Shown: one piece after another, positions 19,860 through 28,830 of the stretch | How positions within the stretch are numbered: the first letter of the stretch is position 1 | Layout of the letters: each line of letters begins with the position of its first letter | Assembly (NCBI GenBank): GCA_049724395.1 | Contig: JAUGWO010000155.1 | Location: 124,001 to 152,830 of the forward strand | Origin: Spongospora subterranea f. sp. subterranea | Lineage: Eukaryota | DNA length: 28,830 bases | Direction of reading: 5' to 3' | Position numbers and translations under genes: made by a program | Notes under the pieces: model-generated | The model's input: the letters and a program-made list of their open reading frames with translations, nothing else | Database searches by the model: none | Told to the model about the DNA's origin: nothing

Positions 19860-22050
19860 TCTCTGCCACATTGCCCGGTTTTTCACACTCCGGAGTACAA
19901 AGCTCCCTGACCATTATCCCGACCAGCTATAGAGGAATTATGGAATGGAGTATTTTCTTGACAACCGGTTATGCTACGTCCCCATTGGAGGGCAAGGACG
20001 GACCAGAGAGAGAGAGAGAGGAAAAGAAGAGAGAGAGGACTTTATTAAAGAAGATTTTCAAAGAGATCATGAGTACAGTACTCTGTAGTGCAGTACATTC
20101 CCCTTTCAGAAAAAGAAATCTAGTGAAAGAAATCTAGACTGGTAACTCTTTTACCAGATGATGGTCAGAATTATCTGACAAAAACTGTTGTACTACAGTA
20201 GGAATATCCTCCAGCATTGTATCAAAAGGTTCCCAAGTGGCGTCAGTGGTTTCAAAACCACTTTACTGGATGAGGAGGTCCAGTTGTCCAGACTCTGGAT
20301 TGCGACGAATGTCGATAATGCTTGCCACTTCGAATTTGGTGGAGGATGTTAGTCCGATATTATCCAGAAGAGCTGTTGTAACCTGTAAGTCACGATCGCA
20401 GTAGTATTTCAAACGTTGAGCGTGGATTTCAGTTCGCTCGCCGGTGATTAGAAATTCCACACGGTATATGTGGTCGTTGATCATACCAATAATACGTGCA
20501 GGTCCGAGCCAATTAAACACGGTTTTATGTGAAAACCGCTTGATATTGGAGGCGACGAGCACGTAGTCGCCAATTGTGAAATTGATTGGCTTAGTGCGAG
20601 CATCCTTGGAGCGGGACCGATGTTGTTGTGCACGCTGTTTGGATAAACGACCAGCGACTTGTTGATGGATGGCGTCAATCGACGATGCGAGTTGAGCCGT
20701 TAGTGACTGAATACGACCAGGAGTTACTGGGATGATAGCGGTCTTGGACTGGCTAGCCTGATCCATGCGAATCTGATTGAATCTCGACGTAAAATCGACC
20801 TTTGATAAGTGGGACTTTCCCTGTAGTTGATCTAATAGGTCTGGAATTATCGATAATGGACCATTGTCCCGCACCGTCACCTTATTCAACCTGCGATAAT
20901 CACCACAAATTCGTTTAGTCCCATCAGGCTAAGCAACCAAGGTCACTGGGGAAGCCCATGGCGACTTCGATGGCACCAGGTTCCCAGTCGCTAATTGTTC
21001 GCCAAGATAAATATTGATAATAAGTCCCAGGTCTGCTGGAGAAGTCCGATAAGGTGGTGATCGGACAGGAAGAGCACCTTCAGTATCAATAACAAACTGA
21101 CTCCCGACAATGCACCGGATGCGTCATTACTAAAATATCACAAAACTCCTCATCACTTCCGCCAATGGTCGGTTCATCACTTGGCCTTGGTCTGACGTTC
21201 GATAACTTCCTGCCCAGCGGATGGATTCGAACAAGAGGAAATTCGACACCCGATATATAAGCCCTTATCACCGATCGGGACAGAATGATATCGAAACTAT
21301 GGTCTTCGAAAAATGGTAAGCTAAGGACTACTGGATAATTTACAACGAAAGTACGCTGAAATTCTTGTTGCCCAGACTGGTTTTCCATTGCAATTTTCCT
21401 GCGGATTCTTCCCATCGCTGGAATTTCCTTGTTATCTAAACCGCTTGCCATGATCGGTGGCCCTTCCTTGCGATATAATCTCCTCCTCTGCTCGTTGTCA
21501 ACTGATCCGACCGGATGAAACAATCAGAGACTCTCAGGTCGGCGAGTGCCTGAATGTGATCACTATCAGAGTCGAAAATGATGCCCAACAACATGAGCTC
21601 GTCTCCTGCCGATTGTAGAATCGCCAACTGGTTAAACCGGACATTCACCAGAAACCGCCGTTTCGCCTGAAGGTAATCGTCACAATCAATCCGCCGATGA
21701 CTCTTGTCCCCACAAAAGTAGCACACCGGGGTTCATCACTGGTCGATCCCTATGCATTTCGCCTCTTGCCGATGACTGATGACGTGTGTTATCTGGTAAG
21801 TGTCGCTGAATTTGTTGAATAACCTGGCGCTGGATTGGTTCAACGTTTTTTACAAACGCCATGGGTGGAGATTCTCTCTACTCGACATCGCGAAAACGAG
21901 ATGACATTCGATTGGCAATGTCGTTGTCGCGTATGACTGATTTCATACGAGTGACCCTAGATTTGACTCGACAAGGTATCATCAACGGGTATAGTCACGA
22001 TTTCAGGATCAGTAAAATGCCCGCCGGCACCTTGCAGATCAAGAGCCATT
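19860..22050 (-). mobile_element. Decayed, internally deleted chromovirus-type Ty3/gypsy LTR retrotransposon with 3' LTR
   Basis: Gag knuckle CYFCGDKSHRRIDC (about 21680-21723); RT N-terminus PVRSPPYR..SPWASPVTLV..DGTKRICGDYRRLNKVT..SKVDFTSRFNQIRM..KTA fused directly to integrase tail FTIGDYVLV..WLGP..YRVE..HAQRLKYY; chromodomain FEVASI..LLIQ*SGFE..ATWEPF; polypurine tract AAAGGGGAA then TGTAC at 20097. Distal LTR boundary uncertain. Confidence 0.9.
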
Positions 22051-22189
22051 AGGCAGCGGTTGGAGTGCACGTAGGTAAAATGAGCGAACGCAATCGCGAT
22101 TAGAAGATCGGTTTTCACTCGTTGACTCAACCTTGGCGTAATGGCAGAATGGCGCCCTGTTGATTACTTACCAACTTACCGAACTTATG

Positions 22190-23318
22190 TCAAATCTGGC
22201 GCTGATTTGGCCTTGCGACGGAGATGGGAATTGCCGTCATGAATGGGCAGATCAGTCGCGTCTGGCAAAAGTTCCAGTACCACTGAATCTGAAAATTTGA
22301 CGTGATATTTGGTGTCGTTGATAGGCTTCTTAAAAATTCCAGATGCATGGGCACAGAGCGCCAACTGCAGAAAATTTCTTGTGTGAATCTGCAGCTTATT
22401 GTGTTTTGCGCAGCCGATCTTTCAAAGACGACCACGTCTTCACCAAATGATGGTCGAAACAGGGAGTCCTTGTACACAACTTTAAGAGCACCATCTTCAA
22501 CAGCCTCCTCCATATTTGGGAATCGACCATTGCGTGCAATGTAGCAGTCGTTGTGCCCAATTGTCGCTTTCGAACACGTGTAAAATCGACACGGCCATGG
22601 TAGCGGTGCCGGCATCGTTGCATTATACTTCTCTTGCAACGATCGACCATGAAGATCACCAAAGATACCGATCGCTGTTGACAACCTGCACAATCTGCTT
22701 GTTCGAACTGGGGAAACATCAGCTGAGCGAATCTCTTGCACCACTGTGCGGCCCAGATCGCAATAGGGCATGTCATTGACAGAAGCATCAGACCTCGTTA
22801 GGTCCAACGTCGGCGAAACAACCTCATGGTCGGATTGGTCATGGCGAATCAACCACAGTTGCTTCTTCGACTTGGAACTGGATAAGTTGAAAGGAAAGTC
22901 TTCAAACTTGGTATCAGCTTTAATCAAAGCGTCGTCACACGTGGTCAGATCGTAAGTGCCGCCGTCTCTCCATGCTGGATAAGGCAACAGAGCCTCCGCC
23001 CTCGGCAACAACGCAATCATGCGATTCGAATCTCAGAACCACGACGTTGACGGCGGGAATCTTGTCGAGCTTGACCGGCCGGCGCGATTCTTCTTCAATC
23101 ACCCGTACGGGACGGCCATCACATTTACCTTTGGAGTAGGTTTTGACGGTGGGGGCGCACCTCGGCGAGTGTTGGCCCTGGAACGACCCACTTCTACGTT
23201 TGTACTTCATTTCTTCAATGGCCTGCTGTACTGCCTTTCTGAAGGCAGCCAAGTTGCTGGTGCATTGAATGGCGCAAGCACTTTGAGGCATTCCGCACTT
23301 GACGCAAAATATCATCAA
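22190..23318 (-). pseudogene. Unknown protein gene or pseudogene; N-terminus weakly resembles a Crinkler-type header
   Basis: 276-aa ORF (22190-23020) with protein-like composition, preceded in another frame by MMIFCVKCGMPQSACAIQCTSNLAAFRKAVQQAIEEM; the join is unresolved. Confidence 0.3.
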
Positions 23319-23336
23319 AAGAGGTTTCTAACCGCT

Positions 23337-23398
23337 AGAAAACTGTCAAATGGCAAGAAATTAATGTCAAATGGCGAGAAATTAATGTCAAATGACGC
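23337..23398 (+). repeat. 21-bp tandem repeat, about 3 copies
   Basis: agaaaactgtcaaatggca / agaaattaatgtcaaatggcg / agaaattaatgtcaaatgacg. Confidence 0.85.
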
Positions 23399-24868
23399 GG
23401 AGTTGCGGTTCTCGAATGCCCTAGCGCAAAGTGTTGGATCAATTTGGATTCTGGCAATGGATGCGGCTGGTGTTCCATAGGAATATCAGGAAGAACACTG
23501 ATGGTTTGATCTGATTCGGAATTGTGATGGTCAACGAGGTCTGGAATGGAAAATATCCGGCGATTCCGTCATTACGAAAAAAAGACCGATCGAATGATCT
23601 GGCACTTCCGTCAGTGTTTGCGCCCAGGACATCACGTTACCCGTTCACGTTATACTGTGAGTTTATGGCCTGGCTTGCTGTAACAGCATCGCAGTCCACA
23701 TCGATCTCGTATTATCTGCTACAATTTTTTTTCAACGGTTCATCGCCGACATGCTTTCCAGAAGGGCTTCTCCCAACGTCTGATAAAAAACCAGGCAGAC
23801 GCCGCCTTGTCCCTTATCTATGATACGTTTGTGATGGCCAACGCAAATAAAAAAAAACGCGTCGTCGTCAATTGAGGATGCTGCGTTTGCAAAACTGGCA
23901 AAACATGGTTCGCATCGTAAAGAATTATCATCGCAAGATCATGCTACGGCAATCGGTTTCTTACATGTAGAAATAGTTTGAGATGTATTGAAATGGTGTT
24001 GACATGATAATCTCAGAACGCTCCAAGGACCGACTTGCAATAATCAGCAAGACCAACTCAATTAGGCAAAGGAAGGTTTCCACCATTGTCAAGCTTCGAG
24101 TAAGACTATCAATACTGTCGCTTTGGTGCAGGGCCATCTCTTCGATAGAAACCCAGTCGCTTTGGAAGCGCATTACACTATTAACAATGCAGTCGTCCAT
24201 ATATGCCCATCATTCCCCATCGTACGACGAATGCATTACTCATCCCCCATATACTGAACAATACCGACGAACGGACCAAGCAACTCAATCGTTAGAGAAG
24301 CAGTAATGAGCGACTATACAGCCCTAACAGTTAAATTCTGCCTTGCACTGTTCAGGGTTGCTGTGGAACATGTTTTCTGGAGTCAAGTGGAAACAAGTCG
24401 TTGGAGTCGTAATTATCTAGTATTGAATATAAAGGTGTATCACGTTGCGTCAAAACATAAATTAGGTATTGCTTATTAAACATCAATGACATCTGAGCGT
24501 GTCAAAATGATTCTTCAGGAGTTGATTGTTGTGATTTGGAGCAGAGAATGTCTGAGTACAATGGGTCAGGCTGTCAAGAAATGAGTCAGGTCAGTTTGCC
24601 ACCTGTATCGAAGGTAATAGGGTACAAGGTATCGCATTGTTTATTTCATATCTGGCGGTGATAGTTGCCATTCTCGCCACATTTGCCAGGCGTTTTGCAA
24701 GAATTAGAGTGTCGTGAATTGTGTGACAATGGCCAGTACAGAAAGATTTTTTACAGTGAGGCGTCGCAGCTGCAGTAAAAATCATTCCCATTTCGAAAAT
24801 CTTGAAGAATAGTTGATGACCACGGTGTAGAAAGTGTTCTACTGCATTACAAATTGCGAGTTTGCCAT

Positions 24869-24963
24869 TACCCTACCATACCATACGATACCATACCATA
24901 CCATACCGTACCGTACCATATCAAACCGTACCATACCATACCATACCATACCATACCATACCA
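24869..24963 (+). repeat. (TACCA)n pentanucleotide microsatellite, about 19 units with TACCG variants
   Basis: taccataccatacgataccatacca...taccgtaccgtacca... Confidence 0.95.
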
Positions 24964-25133
24964 ATTGAGGCCTTCAAACGTCGTCCAGTTCCCAACACGA
25001 TTCATTCGTAATTGACTTATTGAATATTCACCCGTTGTAGCCCAGTCACAGGATTTAGCTTCCTTCAGTCAAGACAGATAAGGGACACTTGAAGCGACAG
25101 TGAGCTGCGGTGGAAATGATGATACAGACTGGT

Positions 25134-25178
25134 CGTGACACGTCACGAGAACGGTCAAGCGAGACGCATGACACGTCA
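25134..25178. promoter_or_regulatory. Two TGACACGTCA quasi-palindromes (bZIP/CRE-like) just upstream of the ATG at 25190
   Basis: cgtgacacgtcacg at 25134-25147 and tgacacgtca at 25169-25178; related acgtgtcac at 13084-13092 upstream of the paralog header. Confidence 0.35.
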
Positions 25179-25189
25179 CTCCACACGCA

Positions 25190-27416
25190 ATGATGTCTTT
25201 GGAGGATTTGTTCAAGCAGGCGTTTGCCGCGGCTGAGGCAGCGTGCGATGCCTACAGAGCGGCGCGAGATGCGCCAGCAACAGGCGAGCCAGAGCTCACC
25301 AATCTTCGCGAAGACCGCGATGAAGCCGTTGCCGCTCGTGATGCTGCCGAACGCGTCTTCCTGGCCTCTCGCTCTGCCGCAGGTATGTTTGCTCCAATAT
25401 AGAGGACTTGCACAAAACAATTAATCATCTGTCTAATCTGACGCTATTTATTTAGTCCCAGAACCCGTTATCACTGGGTCACGACAATTATCCATTGAAA
25501 GCGAGCATACATGTGCTTACAAGCATTACGCGAAGATCGCCGAAATCATGCACACTGATGAGTCTGTCAAAGGAGTTGAGCGCTTAATTTCAAGAATTGA
25601 TAATAGTGATTCTTTAAATCCACCGTTTATTTTTATCGAGGGATCGTCTGGATCCGGCAAGACCCAAATGGCCTTTAACGTCATGAGTTTGCTTCAACTT
25701 AGACACCGGATTGTCTGGTATTTAGTGGCATCTGAGTTCGGTGCGTACACCCAGTCGATTTATTGCTATTTCAAGTTTCCTTCAAAGTTCTTTCAAAGCT
25801 GTGCGGCACAAGATGTCCGAGAGATTGGCGATGTTACACCCGATGCTTTGAGAATGCAAAAATTGTACACTTTTGGGTATATTTGCTTGTTTTTGTCGGA
25901 ACCGCGCCAAGATGATTTGTCAATTCAATCGGTTGCAAAGGAGTCTTATGATACAGTCCAGAATATTCTTTCAAACCGTCAACCTCCCGTGGTGATTCTT
26001 GATGAATTTCTATGTACGCTTTACCACGAGCAAGCGTTTCTTGCCAGGTTTATGCGAAACATTTTTCGCGTTGAATTCCCAGTAATTATTTTGGGCACTG
26101 ATGCGCGTGCCGCCAACTTAAGAACTCAAATAGGCCAGAGTTCCTCCGATCTTCATCCACAAGATTGGTGTTACGTCTACGGATCATTGCCCCTGGTCAA
26201 TACTGACGCCCTGGGTTTATCTGACTTGATTGACCCAGGATTCGAATATATATTAGCACACTCGCGCCCGCGTTTTAGCCAAATTGCTGCCGAATTCATG
26301 CGCTCACAGTCTCAAGACCGTTCATTTGATGCTGATTGCTTCGACTCTCTTCGGATGGAAGTATACAGCAGCACTGTCAGGATCAAACCATTCTTCAAAG
26401 ATCCTTTTGGATGCTTAGGGCAAGTCCGGCTTTTCATGAACGCATCTTATCCATATCAAGACGAAGTTTCGTCTAATAGTGCCCAATTAATGCATTCGCA
26501 CTTTGCATCCCTTGAGGGCGCAAAGGAGTTCACGATTAAAGCAAATGGACACGTCGATGACAAAGAGTGGAAGCCCAAATCCGTATTTCCTTCCATGGAT
26601 GAGGATGTTCTACTGTATGCTTCGTTGATGGGTGGTAGGGATATGCCAGCTTTTCAGAACGCATCAAATCGTATCCCATTCGTCCGCTTTCTGGACATGC
26701 TCATGACGTCTAATTTGATGTCAAGCTGTAATATAGTTTTCGATACTTATCAACAGCCGGCAAACGATGGAATGTTTTTGGAAGCTGTAATGACAGCCAC
26801 GATCTGCATGGCATCACATGCAAATGGCGTAAGGGGAGGCAAGCTTAGAGAATTTTTAACTCAACTGGCGTACGAGCTGACTTTCACAGAACAAACAACT
26901 TTGAATGCTCCTCTGGATATTGATTTTCAAGCAGATGTCAATATTGAGTTCATGGCTCAATTTACGATCCCGTTCCTATCTCCGCCAAATCTCATCTGGC
27001 CTGTAAATCTGAGTCAAATCTCAGGGTGCGTATTCGGCAATCTGTTCCGAACGAACAACGCTCGCAGGTTGGACTTGTCCTCGGATTGCCGCATCACTGG
27101 TGAAGCAAAGGACTATAAAACTCCAATCAAAATAGGAGTTATGACTCAAATTATTGAGCGGATCCCCCACGACTCCTTACTTCATTTCGTATTTGTGAGA
27201 GAACTTCAAAAGTCGTACTTCCGGTCAAAAGCTCAATATAGATCCGTTTTCGAAGTCGACTCAATTGCGTCAAAATGCGTATTTGCCCAGTTGCGAATAT
27301 TGCCATGCGAACAGCCCACACTAGTGGAAGTGAAAGGTCTTCCTAAGAATAACCCCCAAGCAACTTGCGCGGTTGTTTTTGTTGTTTGTTCGTCATTGCC
27401 GACAAAATATAAATAA
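25190..27416 (+). CDS. Crinkler(CRN)-like protein: Ala-rich helical header + P-loop NTPase + PD-(D/E)xK REase-like domain; exons 25190-25382 and 25456-27416, about 717 aa
   Basis: A phase-1 73-bp intron GTATGT..CTAAT..TTTAG joins MMSLEDLFKQAFAAAEAA..SRSAA|VPEPVITG in frame to the 622-aa ORF. Walker A GSSGSGKT, Walker B VVILDEF, LGTDARAANL; NDGMFLE..RLDLSSD..ITGEAKDY nuclease-like motifs. Confidence 0.8.
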
Positions 27417-27539
27417 ACAGTAACAGTCAATTGTTCATTACCGTTTAAGCGGTGTTTGTTGTCCCCGTTGTAATTTCCAGTAAGTGGTTGAGCCAGGAAA
27501 AATCATGTTTTGCGGAGTTTCTTCATTCTGCTTTTCGTG

Positions 27540-28139
27540 ATGTCGTCGGCCAGCACGTCGGAGGGAGAGATTCATGATCTCAAGACCGAGCTCGCCGATG
27601 CCAAGACCAAGCTCGCTAATGCGGAAGGGGCAGGCGCTAGTGATGTAGTGGTTGCAGCAGCAATGAATCTCGTCGCAGCAGTTCATAATCGGATCGCAAC
27701 ATTCGAATCGCAGCGCCCCAAGCCCGGTAAGAGCAATTCTTGTTTGTTTCATGCTTTCTCAGTCGCGTTATAGCCATCTTCTCGCGAGCAGTCTTATAAG
27801 AAGTTGAGCGTGGAGTCGACTTGCCGAAAGTATTTGGATATGCTTGCGAGGAAGATTCGCGCATACTATGAATTTGATTGTCGATACGGCGAAGCTACCA
27901 TTGGGGACGTTCTTCAAGCTAGGGATGGTCGCGATGCGTGGGATTTTGTTCGAGCAAAGAGGACTCATAGTGTAATAGGTTCTGATGGTGTTCCTACACT
28001 ATCAAGAAAGGCGGTCAACGAACTACGATACCTCTACCAGACCTATATACTAATGATGAGTGGAAACGGATTAGCAAGTTTAACTTCAACACTACCAAAC
28101 TTGTTCACATCGGGAGTTGCCACGAAGTTGGAGCGGTAG
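27540..28139 (+). pseudogene. Third helical-header gene with an unrelated C-terminal module, probably frameshifted
   Basis: MSSASTSEGEIHDLKTELADAKTKLANAE..RPKP then a GTAAG donor at 27727; downstream SYKKLSVESTCRKYLDMLARKIRAYYEF..TIGDVLQARDG. Nearby acceptors are out of phase and a further shift (..LYTNDEWKRISKFN) is likely. Confidence 0.45.
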
Positions 28140-28830
28140 GCCATTTATTATTATTCCGCATTCCGACTTTTGAACAGATGGTGTCTTTTCTCCAGAATAT
28201 TGGCGTGAGAGGCTGGCTATTTGACTCTCCACAATAATTAGAGGGTCAAAGATGAAAGAAACAGTGTTCCTGGAATCTGTCTAGAGTCTAAATTTAATTG
28301 GGGGGTAAATAAACTTTCTTGGATTTATCAAAAAATAATTTCTAACAAATACCAAAAATGATTTCAAATAACTTTCATACATCTTCTAAAACTTTCATTT
28401 CATCTTTTATATAGTCTTCTAAAAATGATTTAATAAACTTTACTTACCCTCAGTTGAAAAAATAAATTGAATGCTTTGAAAAGAGGCATTTTGATTTTTT
28501 GAGATGGTACAGTGGCGATCACCTTAAACCGACAATTTCAAACCCTAGTCTCAATCATATTTGAAAATCACATGTACACTTAAGTGTATATAATAATTTA
28601 TAGGTCGTTTAATATTGAATTAGGAATAGTTCTATGAGATGTGTACTTCTTCATCGCATATTCTATTTGTGATTGGTTAAAAATAAATATTCCATTCTTC
28701 TCTCTGTATGTATTGATGTAATCCCAACGACTTGCGAGCGAACCTTCTCATGGAAGCTAGTGACGTTACTTTAAGCGCAACTGGAATGATATTTTCTAAG
28801 TCTTTAAATGAATAGGTACAGTGTTTCCTT

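Noticed and set aside
24330..24400. Harbinger-like transposase motif RVAVEHVF
   Set aside because: Only one short motif, with no supporting upstream DDE motifs or TIRs.
28295..28457. MITE with imperfect TIRs (ggggggtaaataaac / ctttacttaccctc)
   Set aside because: The match is short and imperfect in AT-rich DNA, with no TSD and no second copy in the window.

Overview
This is eukaryotic DNA: it has short GT-AG introns of about 66-73 bp and moderate GC. It reads like a repeat-rich accessory or effector region of a parasitic protist or fungus-like organism; a phytomyxid, oomycete or chytrid is my inference, not proven. The left third carries a minus-strand cassette in three tandem copies: unknown gene X, then a secreted tyrosinase, then a conserved upstream motif and a small Gly/Ala-rich membrane protein. 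Only one tyrosinase is intact (2 exons, all six Cu-binding His). Five small hydrophobic genes are present, three of them IFI6/IFI27-like. Decayed mobile elements include IS630/Tc1-like, pogo-like, two chromovirus (Ty3/gypsy) relics and a possible non-autonomous hAT. There is also a TTAA-CCC-bounded piggyBac-like relic whose transposase frame contains a YqaJ/lambda-exonuclease-type PD-(D/E)xK domain. The right half has an intact two-exon Crinkler-like gene (helical header + P-loop NTPase + REase) at 25190-27416 and a pseudogenised paralog at 13143-16363. The paralog has a different header, an inverted copy of its own interior, and a single 29-bp coding segment amplified into a roughly 40-unit minisatellite. 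All family assignments come from motif recognition by eye; no database searches were run.
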